64,000 nt of DNA from Syncephalis fuscata S228 (lineage: Eukaryota > Fungi > Zoopagomycota), in the NCBI GenBank assembly GCA_025786725.1, contig JAHLTZ010000035.1, positions 62,001 to 126,000 of the forward strand, given 5' to 3'. The translations under genes were made by a program, and so were the position numbers. The notes under the pieces are model-generated. The model was not told where the DNA came from and ran no database searches. It saw nothing but the letters and a program-made list of their open reading frames with translations. Numbering within the stretch: the stretch's first letter is position 1; the number at the start of each line of letters is the position of its first letter. This document shows, one piece after another, positions 1 through 13,795 of the stretch.

Positions 1-595
1 GTTGTATTGAAATGTTTATATCGTTAGCAAGAAATAGTGGTTGAATAAATCTAACAAGCCATATCGTTTTAGGAATATCAATATTAATGCCGATTAAAAA
101 GCAATCTAACAGATATATACTGTTGTTCTAGAATATCCAGAAACTCAACAATTAGCGGAATGTTCATTATGCTATAAAGGTTGTTGGGAATAAACGAGAG
201 TTTTAACTACTAGCTCCGACAATACCAAATAAGCTGTGAGCTGAAGTAAAAACGACAGCATTATTTCTACTTCCTTTCTGAGCTCGTAATACTGATGCTA
301 AATATAGCTATGCAAAAAAGCGTAAATTACATGTGCCGAGTAATAATTTTAACATAAAAGTAGTAACCAAAGCATGTTTATTGCGGAGAAAGCAATGCAA
401 AAAAATAAGAACATATCAGCCAGTGTTCTAAATTTGACAATTTATTTATTGCATAGCAGTGTTTTAGCAAATATAAATACTTCGATATATTGTGTTACTT
501 TCTATTCTATTCTGTACAACAACTACAACTCTCCATTTATCCGACTTCTTTTAGATTGAAGTTTACCGTCGCTATTAACGAATATTAATTATATC

Positions 596-1721
596 ATGCT
601 TAAAACCTGCTTTTTTACTCTTGCTACTGCTTGCAGTTTAGCTATTCTTATTAGTGTACCAGAATCTCATGCCGGTAACGGAAGAATGGGCGGTATGTGT
701 AGTTAAATACATTATATACATACATGTATAGTATTGCTGACACATTATATTGTTTATGTAGGACCTAGCATCAAAGGCGTTGCTGGTCGTGATCACTTGG
801 AAGTAAATGCAGCAGACTATGGACTCAGTGAAATTGACTGGAAAGGCGGAGATCAAAGATTAAGCATCAACAAGGCAAAGTGGCATGGTAATGACGTTGT
901 TCTTAAATGTGGCATAAAGCTTCAAGGTGAATTGATTGCTTTTAAGGTAATTATAAAATGCTGGTTTATTCAATCAAATGCTAAATGTAAATAATAGAAA
1001 TTATACAATGCTATACCAAAACTAAGAACCCAAGGTGTGGTCGGAGAAGACAACGTAATGATACCATTAAGCGAGTTTCCAATTCCAAGATCTGAAGAAA
1101 CACCTCAAGGAATTGTAAATTGTTTTATTTACAATTTTATTGAGGGTATTACATTAGAACAATTTTTCATAAATAACCCATCGCTCGCCGCAAGAGCTCC
1201 ATATTTGAAGGCAATATTCGCCGATGCATTTAAAGGTAGATACTTGCATTGATACACATGCATAAATATTAACTGTTATTAGGCGTTACATATTTGCATA
1301 AAGCAGGTTTTTTACACGGAGATTTGAATGCTAAAAGTACGTTGATTAATTTATTTATTTGCACATTCATACTAACCATTTATACAGATATTATGGTATT
1401 TAAAGACTCCAGTAGGAATACTATAAAAGCAGTTATCATCGACTATGATCTTTCAATTCCTATTTCCACTCAAATGGAGCAACTAGCAACAATTGTGTAC
1501 TAGACAATCGAGGAATGGGCTCTTTAATTAGCCAGTCGTTTAACAGCGGATTTCTCCTCGGTCTGAAAATAGAAAAAATTACTAAAGCTTTAACCGGTAA
1601 CTTGTCAAACAAGCTATCACCTAAAATTAAGTACAAGATTGTTAGTAATCTAATACCTCTTACTATTACTATGAACAGCCTTTTTCACTTTAAAGGTTGT
1701 GATATGACAAGATGGAATTGA
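596..1721 (+). CDS. Secreted protein-kinase-like protein (signal peptide plus kinase fold), multi-exon, one apparent frameshift near 1470
   Basis: ATG 596 gives MLKTCFFTLATACSLAILISVPESHA (signal peptide). Spliced exons give VVLKC, CFIYNFIEGITL, LHKAGFLHGDLNAKNIMV and IIDYDLS. The C-terminus continues in the 1515-1721 frame. Confidence 0.75.
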
Positions 1722-1884
1722 ATAAGGCATTGCTATAATTTCATTTTAAAAGATTGCTAATAATTTTGACTTTAGTCATAAACTTTGGATTTTTAAATCA
1801 TCATAATAAACAAACATTACAAACTATAGATGCACATGCTTAATGCGTAATCTGTAAACAATAAGTTCAAACATATATTTGATA

Positions 1885-2358
1885 CTAAATGATCGCCTTA
1901 ATGGTGGGCTCTTGTGCCCGATCAGCACCTAGTTCTTGTAGATACTGAACAAGATCGCCAAACTGTTGTTTGTTCGCTATTGACAGCTCTTCGGTATGAG
2001 GCCTTTGACCACAACCACTTGGTGCACCATTGGACCAAAAGAAACCGTCCATTTCAAATTCCACACCTACATCCATATCATACCAATCATCAGTATGAGG
2101 ATCCGCTTGACGTGGCAAGGCAGAGAAGTCGTTGTAAAGCTTCTTAGCTAGTGCGCGGGATTCCTCAGCCGATAAACGACCTTCCTTTGTTTGATAATCG
2201 CTGTCGCCCTTGGACTCGTTCGCATAGACAATAGTAGCTCCAGTGTCATCACCTTCAATTTCAATCGCACTACGGATCTTGGGCGGTGCAAATCCACCCT
2301 TGATGCCTTCAATGACCATCAAGCGGAATTGTCCCTTAGTATTGGTGTCTTCTGACAT
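1885..2358 (-). CDS. Hypothetical 157-aa protein with uninterrupted CDS
   Basis: Clean ORF with GC-richer coding-like composition and GIKGGFAPP and WSNGAPSGC motifs. A probable 5'UTR intron lies at about 2371-2449. Confidence 0.75.
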   Translation of the reverse strand: MSEDTNTKGQFRLMVIEGIKGGFAPPKIRSAIEIEGDDTGATIVYANESKGDSDYQTKEGRLSAEESRALAKKLYNDFSALPRQADPHTDDWYDMDVGVEFEMDGFFWSNGAPSGCGQRPHTEELSIANKQQFGDLVQYLQELGADRAQEPTIKAII

Positions 2359-2855
2359 GATGATAAGGACCTACAATGAACAGGATAGAGATAGAGAGAG
2401 CGAATGAATATAACAGAATGATGTGAGTTGTTAAGAGGATGACGTATACTTGAACCAATAAATAATTGGTCTTATCAATTCTTCTTGGCATCCATTCTCA
2501 TACAATTTATTATATAGATTGTTAATTAGATACGCACGTTAAATGATTAAATTGACTAGCCACCTAATTGTATTAATGTACTAGAATGCAACTATTAGTA
2601 ATTCCATATTTGACACAGAACATTAGAATAAACTGGTGGTGATGTTAAAAACATCCTCATTAGTCTACAAATCAATGTGGTCATTTGTAATAAGATGCCA
2701 AAAACTGACTATCTTTAAAAGCTGTGGCTTTTGATGTTGAATATGACTAGAACAAACGCGTCAGATTTATTTCGTTTTTTCTTCAATATTTCCTTCATTT
2801 TGGTCCACAGGCGCATTGGCTTTTGTTACTCGGTCCCTCTTTACTTGTTCTGACC

Positions 2856-5800
2856 ATGGAGACAGCAGTGTGCCAGTTGTTGGCCCAATCAACAGTGGCA
2901 GATCCTAATGTACGCGTCCAAGCTGAATTGGAACTACGCCGTATGGAAACGACATTACCTGGTAAGAAATACCGTCGATAACTAATGGCTAGTTGTTAAT
3001 AGCCCGTACACAACTGTAGACTATGCTGCTGTGCTGTTACGCTGCTCCATGGAGACAGGTGTTGAAGATTATGTGCGTCAGATATCCTTTATTATAATGT
3101 TATATAATCAAGTGTATAAATAGTCTATAATTATCTTAACTTTTATGTATATTATTATACGCGGCTGCACTGGCACTCAAGAATTACATTGATGGACATT
3201 GGTCACACGAGGCTGAACACTTTACAGCGCCAGAACCATCCGATCAGGTAAATAACAGTATCTTAGTTGATCTAACAGTATAATAACCATAACAATTGAT
3301 GTATAGGTGAAAGCAATGATACGAGAAGGCTCTTTAGTAGGATTGGCCGATACAGAACGAAATATTCGTACAGCATTTGTAAGTATCTTATTTCTATTAA
3401 TTGTATATTATTAATATAATATAATATAATATAATATATGTATTATATATATATTATATCTTATAAAGGCTTCAGTGGTTGCAAAGATTGCTCACCAAGA
3501 TTGGCCAGAACAGTGGCCTAATCTGCTAGAATCGCTAGTTCAATTGCTACGTGATGGCAGTGCCGATCAGGCCCATGGCGTATTGATTTGTTTATATGGT
3601 AAATATACAGTATAATATATAATAATAGACAATTAACTCATTAATTACTAGAAATATTACAAGTTGATGTTGTTGAACAGCAAATCAGTGCCATTGTTCC
3701 AATTCTATCCGATGAATTACTTCGAGTTATTCGTTCAGATGAGGTTTGTTATACGTAGTTCATAAATGATAATAGTACAAATTGGAATTGCTGCAATATA
3801 GATCTATCCAACTATGACACGAGCACGGGCCATTAAAGTGTTTAGAACTTGTTTAGAGGCATTATATACGGTTAAAGAAACGCAACAGGATCAAGTTCAT
3901 CGTATCATTGAAGCTATAGTGCCATATTGGCTAGAAGGATTCTTCCATGTATTAGCCTTACAAAATGCCGATGAAACATCTGTATTACTGAAACTTGAAT
4001 CCATTCGAGTAAGTGTTGCACCTTTACACAGTTATTTATAATAATATTGCTATAATTAGACTCTTTCAGTAATGGTCCAGTCATTTGCCGGTAATATGAA
4101 AGATCGACTAGCCAAGATTATTGAAGTAGTATGGGCTGATCTTAAACGCCATCAAGAGTTATATCCTTTTATCGTGTTATTGCTACCTATTTATTATATA
4201 TTTATTTATTACCTAGTTATTACTTAACTTTTACTAATTGATTTATTTGAATACATTTATTAGTGAATCGGCCAAAGATGATTCACCTATGACATGGACT
4301 GGTCAAGGAGAAGATGGCGATGCCACGGGATTTGCTACTTTGTTGATTGCTGAACTTGAATTTGAACATCAATGTGTACGCAAAAAGACTGCTTCAGCAT
4401 TCTATGAACAAGTTGATGAACAGGGCAATTCACTATTAGCTCAAGTAATGCCATTATTAATTACCTTTATGCAAATTACTATGGAACAGGTCAGTATTAG
4501 TCCATAACTGCTCAAGTGGCTATTTAGAGTAAATGACAACTAATAGTTCAATACAATGATTAGGCAGAGGCATGGCTTGAAGATGCTACTCGATTCATTC
4601 AAGATGAGGATGAAGATTCATTTAATGCTAGTGTACGCGCTTCAGCTTTTGACTTATTCCAAGTAAGTATTTATAATACAAAATATAATGTTTTATTAAA
4701 TATATATGTATATATATATATTATAGAGTTTATTGACTCGTTATGAGACACCCACGTTACAAGCAATGTTATTTACTTGTAATCAAATATTTACTACATC
4801 TACTACAGCCAATCAAACACCAGGTCATAATGATTGGTAAATATGAATATATATAAATATATAATATATAAATAATAATAAGTAATTAATGACAATAACC
4901 ATCATAATCATAATTATCATTGTCATCATATATAGGTGGCGAGCTGAAGAAGCATGTTTTGCCGCTATTGGACTTGCCTCAGATATTATTATCGACAAGT
5001 TGGCTCAACTAGCTCCATTACAATTTGCACATCAAGATTTGTTTACGGAGTTGATTCCTAATCGATGCCAACAAAAGAGTAAGTTATTATATTATAATAT
5101 ATATATATTAATTATTGACTATCTATTATTGCTCTATTAGACTATCCATTCTTACAAAGTCGTGTATTACTAGTAAGCAGCCTATTTACTGATCAATATT
5201 CAACGGCAATGGCCGGTGAACTAGTACAAGTCATGGTATCATTATTGAAAGATGGTGCATCCATTCCTGTACGTGTATCAGCCATGAAAGCACTTAATAG
5301 GTAATATACAGTTATAGCTATAGCTATGTTATAATAACTACTAATTAAATATGATATTAGTTATTCTCAACTCGATAATAAAAGTATTGTCGGTCCTTAT
5401 CGAGAATTTGTGGTTTCTGATGCTATGCAACTAATTAAAGATGCTAGTGGAGAAACATTGCAATTAGTATTAGAAACACTATTTGCATTCTTAAAGGTAA
5501 TTAATTATATTGATATTAGTATCAATAGTATCAATTAACCTATTGTAATTAGGCAGGTGAATTATCACCACAACCTATTGGTATTGTATGTACCACTCTA
5601 TTGGAAACATGGACCAGATATCCAAATGGTAATTACTAATACAATACTTAATGAATTAACTATATACATATAATAGATCATATCTGTGCTAGTGTTATTG
5701 AGGATATTTATGATTTATTATGGAGTAATGAAACAGTGGCCCCTATGGTATTTACAGCTTCAGAACCATTCTTTATTCAAATATTCTCTCAACATGAACA

Positions 5801-7512
5801 ACAACAACAACACAGTACAGAAGCCGTATTAGTAAGTTGATATATAATAATATACAACTAATATAATATATAACTAATATAATATAAATAATTGAATAGT
5901 TTGGTCTTAATTTAATTACACAATTGGCTAAACGACGACCATCTTCATTGACCGGAGAATGTTTAGCACGAGTATTCCCATTACTTTTATCAACTTTATT
6001 GACTTCACAACATCCTCAAGTAATGCAACAAGGTGCTCAATGTTTATCTCAACTACTGTTATGGGATAGTTTATTTATTATTAATTGGTAAATATAATAT
6101 ATTATAAATATGTTGAACATTATGTATAACTATTATATTATACTATATTATATTATACTTATATTATTATATATTTATATATATTATATTATACTATTAT
6201 ATTATATTATATTATATTGTCTAGGCAAGATGCAGGATCAGGTCAACGAGGTGTAGATGGTCTATTACAGTATATCTCTCGTCTACTTGACCCAGTGGTC
6301 AGTGAAGCAGCAGGATCTACAGTGGGCCATTTGATCATTCAATTATTACAAAAAGTAAAATAATTATAAAGAACATAATACAAATACTAATCATATATAT
6401 ATATTATATGTTTTATATAGGCAAGAGATCAAGTAAATGAAAGTTTACCCATCTTATTACAAGCAGTCATGATCCGTTTAACTATGAGTGAAACGGCCAC
6501 TCAAATTCAGGTAAGTTTATTAATAAACATTAATAATCACTCTCTATATACATCATCTAATATACATAATAGTCACTAGTTATGGTATTTGCTGAACTAA
6601 TCCGTTCACAAACAAAAGTCACTATTGACTTTCTACATGCTACAACAGCATCACAAGGTGTTACAGGCATGCAACTATTACTTAGTAAATGGTGTGAGAA
6701 CCATCCTTATTTCCACGGTTATTTCTCCATTAAAATGAGGTATATAGTAATATAGATTGATGTAGAACCACTACTTACTGGATATAATAGCATTTATGCT
6801 TTATCTATACTATTAGCCAATATGGATGACCGTCTTAGCCAAGTACAACTTAAAGGAGATCTTATGCCAAGTACCGATGGTCGTATTGTTACTAGATCTC
6901 GATCCAAGTCACATCCAGATCAATATACTGTGGTACCGGCACCGGTTAAGATTATGAAATTGCTACTAGCTGAATTACAAACTGATGAAGCACCACGACC
7001 AACGGGCAGTGTTATTGGATCAGATAATGTAGGATAGTTAGTATAGTCTATATTAATAGATTGTAACATTATATATTATATGTAGGAAGAGGAGGATGAA
7101 GATGAGGAAGGTGAATGGGAAGATCTTGAAGAAGAAATGGGACCTTCTTTTGATTTCATTTCTGGTAATAGTTTTTAATAATAATAATTGGTTGTCACCA
7201 TCATTAATATTAATCATGTCTTTAGATCTACTTACTTCAACAGGCGATGATCTTAATGTCAACAATGAAGATGATGAAGATGAAGATGATGGAGTGGATG
7301 CCGTTGAAAGAAGAAAGGATCCAGTCTATATTATGAATATTAAGGTAATCCTATTTATATTATTACTAACAACTATTAATAACATTATTATATAGGAACA
7401 TTTAATTGGATTGTTTAAATCATTTGCCCAATCTAATCCAGTTGTATTAACTGATATGGCACAGAGATTAACCCCTCAAGAGCAATCATTGCTTCAATCT
7501 ATTCTCGTTTAA
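2856..7512 (+). CDS. IPO9: Importin-9 / Kap114-like karyopherin beta, about 25 exons
   Basis: Spliced N-terminal VRQAAALALKNYIDGHWS (IBN_N-like), IAHQDWPEQWPNL, W-R-x-x-E-A motif, GRIVTRSRSKSHPDQYTVVPAPVKIMKLL and an acidic C-terminal tract. Confidence 0.92.
3082..3160 (+). other. U12-type (minor spliceosome) AT-AC intron in importin-9
   Basis: 5' ATATCCTTT, branch TCTTAAC (3134-3140), 3' TAC. Removal joins VRQ|AAALALK in frame. Confidence 0.9.
4161..4242 (+). other. Second U12-type intron in importin-9 (AT-AT; alternative AT-AC end at 4254)
   Basis: 5' ATATCCTTT, branch CTTAAC (4223-4228). Both candidate acceptors restore the frame. Confidence 0.8.
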
Positions 7513-7596
7513 ATGTTATTGTTGTGGTTAATGAATAAATGAATACTTTATTCAATTCAAATACTAAAGTAATAGAAATTATAACTATTCAATGTA

Positions 7597-10500
7597 TTAA
7601 ATGGAAGAGGTGGCCCGTCCTTTCTTTACAGATACTTTCTGAGTAGGCGTATCTTCTGAATGTTTACGCTTTTCTTGTTTATTCTTTGGTGTTGATTGAT
7701 CCTTGCCATTTAATAAGCTATTATATAATAATAATTAATCATTTATCGTAGATATAATAGATCGACTTACGTGGAAAGCTGTGCTACCATAGATTTCACT
7801 GCTTGACCAGGTAATTGATTAACAAATGGCTGTAATTGATCCATCCATGGATTGGCCGACCATAATGATGGTGATGCTGTAGATATGGCTCTACTACGCC
7901 GTATTAAATCGATTAAACAACGAGACCATGTTTTAATTCGATTAACAAGTGATTTCTGACGCAAAGCATCGCCATTTAATTCAGTAGACATGCGTTCAAG
8001 ATCATTTAAAAAGGCCGTCTGTAAACGTGGTACAGCCATTAATAATTGTTCCTCACACATCGCTTGACCCTATCCATTGATCAATTAGTGGTGTTAATAA
8101 ACAAATAGATGCCACTTACTTTAGGGGTCGATTGAATCAATGTGGTTAATAAAGTGTATAATTGTTGTTGACGGAATGATTTAGCCGTGTCACCTATTTC
8201 TAAATGATGGGCCAATCGATCGATTAACTGCCAACCAGCCAGTGGATAACGACGAATTAATTGCCCAAATAGATCAGGTGTAATACGTGTACGCTTCTCG
8301 GTACAGAATCGATCAAGTGCCTCATTGTAATACTGCATGATGGGGGTCAATACACGAACTATATCATCCTATTAACAATAATATAAGTAATCTTAGTTAG
8401 TTACTAGTTACTAGTTGTTAGTTAATAGACTTACTGGCGATGAAGAGGCAATAAGTGATCGTACAATTTGTGTACACAATAGACTGCATAAAGATGAAAA
8501 TGACGCATCAGCTGTGGTCGTTCTGGCCATCTTCAATATTGTTTTAACCACTTGAGCTGTTGCTTCCAAATCATCTGTCAATCCAGCTATGGGTTCTTTT
8601 AATTTGCATAATCGTTGATTAATCATTGTAGTTACTCGACGGGATAACACAGCATCGGTTGTTGTATTCGATGATATAGCCTTGGTAGGTGCTGATTGAG
8701 CAATGGTCAATAATGGAACCATTAATTCAACACATAATGGATTACTAGACTGTTTACGTATAAATATCTCTATTAAATCTATTACTCGAAGTCTAAATTG
8801 AATGGTGGCTTCGGTCATTTCTATTAAATAATAATAATAATAATAACAATTAGATCTATTCTATTACTATTGTATACCAATAGTAACTTACTCTTCTTCT
8901 CTTGTTTAGCCGCCTTCTTCTCTTTAAACATCGCTTCTAATGCTCTATCAAATGGTGCCATATCATCATCACCTAATGATTCTAGATCACTATCATCTTC
9001 TTGTGCTTCAAATGCTTTGCGTATTTGATCTCTAGTGATTGTATTACAAGTATCGTCATTGGCACTATCATATGAGATATCTGAATCGTCACTATCTTCA
9101 TCTGAATCATCCATATCAACATCTTCATCTATAGCTTGTTCTTCTTCTTCATTGTCTTCTTCTTCTCTTCTATATCTTCATCTTCATCGTCATCTTGAAG
9201 AGTCTTTAGCATAACTAATAGTGAATGTTGGGTAATTTGATCACTAAAGGCGCTAAAGACGTATTTGACTAAATCACGTAATGCTGCAGCTGGACGGGCT
9301 AATAAACTAAGAATACCATCAATTAGTACATCAATAGGTTCTGGTTCATCTTCTTCATCTTCTTCATCTTTCTTTTTCTTTTTATCCTTTTTGTCTATAT
9401 TATTGTTATTATTAGTAAGTAGTTATATATATATATATATATAATTATAATTTAAATAGGTACTACATACTTTTAGAGGCTGTCTTTTTGGATTTAACTG
9501 GATAAAGCCGTTCATAACAAGTTATTAAATCCTATTATTGTATTAATATTGATTAATGTAATATATTAACTAATACTTACTTCAATTAACGGCGTTTCTT
9601 CTTCAAGTGGATATGTTAATGCTTCAAATGTAAAATATCCAAATAATCCTTCAAATGCTCGTAGTTTTGGTAGTTGTATATCATCTTTATTCTTTTTGAT
9701 CTATAATAACCATGTTAGTATATACTATACTATACTATACTATAATATTACCTGTTTTTCTAATACTTTTAATTGTTCAGTTGTTCGTTCTGTTAATGCT
9801 ACACGTTCAGCATCATCATTGATATCCGATGCTAATGCGTAATCTTCTCCTTGTAATAGTCGATTGAATCGTTGACATGCTTTAACAACCCGTGGTGCAT
9901 TATCTATTAAATAGTTAATAGTGTAGTTAATAGTTAGTTATATAGTTAATTAGTTAGTTAAATAGATCATTGGTTAATTAGTCAAGTAATTACCGGTAGA
10001 TGCAATAATTAAATGATTAACAAATATATTAATCAACTTTTGACGACAAAGAATACGTGTATCATCTAGTAATCGGGGCTTTAAACTACCACCTATCTAT
10101 TATAAGTAATCATATTAATATTACATTATAGTACATTATAACATATCTATAAATACTTACTCTTTCAACAAAGGTTAAATCAATGCCTTCTTGTGGCTCT
10201 AAATAGCCATGTAACATTAATGCATCTTCAATAAGTGACATAACATTATCATCATCACGTATTTTACTGCTTTTAGTCATTAATATAAGTTGTTCTAATA
10301 TCCATTGACGGTCTAGTGAGGCTACATGATCCATATCATCTTGGGCCATTCTCTCACTATTATCTATTAGTATCTAGTTGATATACTTTTATATATAGTT
10401 ATATAGTTATAACTTACGATATCATAGGTGGTTGAGCAAATCGCTTTAACAAGTACTTTGTATAAGTAAGTGCATCTTTACCTTCAAGTTCTCGTGTTAA

Positions 10501-11911
10501 TTGATCAATTGTCTTTCCAGTAATCGTCTGGTTAACCTTAATACGTTTAACTAGTGGCAATAGAATTTTAATGCACTTTTCATTATCTTGTTGACTGGCA
10601 GTAGTCATTGCTTTAATCTAATATCAATAGTGTTAATATAATATAGTATGAATGTATGTATGTATGTATTACCGTAGTAAGAACACATTGATGTAAATAA
10701 CGATCTGTTGATGACAAGTGTACAATTAGACTATTCATAATATTTCTACTAAATATATCGGTAATCACCGTGGCTGGTAGACCAATAAGTGCTTTTTGCA
10801 TTAATAGAAATCCCCAGTATTTACGTTCATGTGAGGTGCCTTCACCGAACAGTCCATTGTCAACAAGTACACGCCATCTTGTAAGGAATACTTCTCTATC
10901 TTCGGTAAATATAGGTTTAGAAGTAGTGGCAAATGCTTGTGGTAGTAGTTTTGACCATACTGAATGTAGTTGTGGATGCCATACAGAGTGTAATTCTGTC
11001 TGTTCACCAGAGGCTGATTCACGCATTAATGGACCCAGATGAACTAGATTATTGGCGTGTAAATATGGCGTGTCCCATTCCGGTGATAATAAACGTATTC
11101 TAGGCATATACGTATTGATACTATCTAATTGTTCAAGAGCTAGTGCAAATGCTAGTGCATCTGGTGTGGTAATACCATCTTTAAGTACTTGATTGGCCAC
11201 TATAATAAGTATATTATCTTTTTGAGAGTGGTCATAAATAGCCGGTAATAATGCTATTAATACTTGGTGGGCCACTTCACGTAGAAATGGTTTTTGACGT
11301 CCATATTCTATAAGACTGGTCACCATTAATAGAATATCGCTATCTTTAGTAGTGTCACGGGATAGTGCAGTTGATTGAGCAATGCTCATAAATCCAAATA
11401 TACGACCAAATAACATATCACGCTCTTCCTAGTAATTATAACTACATATTAGTAATAGACTAACTATTGGTAATGGATGCTTGCCTGCCCACTCATTTGT
11501 GCATTAGTAGCGGTTTCTTTTAATATCATATTCATAAGCGTTTCAACTGTTAAGAAATCCAACATTGACAATAACTATATTCATAGCAATATTAGATATG
11601 AATGGCATGGATAATATATATATAGTTACCTCTGTAAGTGTTAACGAGAAGCCTTGTCGTGCACCTTGTCGTGGGCTAGGTAGACCGCGTACTAATCGCT
11701 TTAATGCATAAAGAACATCTTTAGCACATAGTAATTCAAGTCGTTCAACAGTATCCTCTTGTTCCAGCCATTGAGACCAGTCGGACGTGTTGGCGCTCTG
11801 ATGTTCTTGTTGACGTTTCTTTAACTCAGTAATAAGAGACAAGGCAGAGGATTCCCGCTTTGTTACGTCCAAAGACGCCAAATCCCAAAACAATGGCAAT
11901 GTATTAGACAT
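7597..11911 (-). CDS. POL5: Pol5 / MYBBP1A (DNA polymerase phi family) ribosome biogenesis factor, multi-exon
   Basis: MSNTLPLFWDLAS, YALKRLVRGLPSPRQGARQGFSLTLTE, LFGRIFG, SHERKYWGF, DDMAPFDRALEAMFKEKK, FRLRVIDLIEIF. One GC-AG intron at 11429-11484. Confidence 0.92.
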
Positions 11912-12190
11912 GATATAAAGAATAAGCCGTGATAAAAGAAAAAAGAGCAAATATAATAACTGTTGTATTAATTGTATTAATAGCAATTGTGTAATAATAA
12001 ATTAATTAATTAAATGTCATTCAATTATTAGTAAAAATAAAATAAAAAATAAAAAATATAAGAAAATTCCCGTATTTTATTGTTGGGATTGTGTGATTTG
12101 TGTCGCGTGTTACGAGCATTAACAGCGACAACGGCAACAGCGGCAATAACAGCAACAATAACGTCGTCAATTGTCGACAAAGCCAACGCT

Positions 12191-13532
<1,342 letters not shown>

Positions 13533-13795
13533 GGCGTCTGATGTTAATAATCGATCCCGTGGTCTGTTGGGCGACTGGGATGTGCAGAATAGAGAGGAGG
13601 AGGCCGAAGGCTGATGGCTGGACAGCGTGTGGGTGGATGCACACACTCGCACACCGCTCAATTCGGTCCCGTTTAAATTTGTATTTGTATTTGACTCGAA
13701 ACATTATTCTTATTTCTCTAAATCTTTTTAGTCGTGCTTTTATTTAATAGCCATTATAGTTTATTAGTTTACATTTCTATTAATAGTTGCACAGT

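Noticed and set aside
472-478. TATAAAT boxes upstream of the secreted kinase genes
   Set aside because: Not significant in such AT-rich DNA.
6120-6220. TATAT/TATTA-rich runs, with similar runs in other introns
   Set aside because: Ordinary intronic low-complexity sequence with no repeat-spacer (CRISPR-like) structure.
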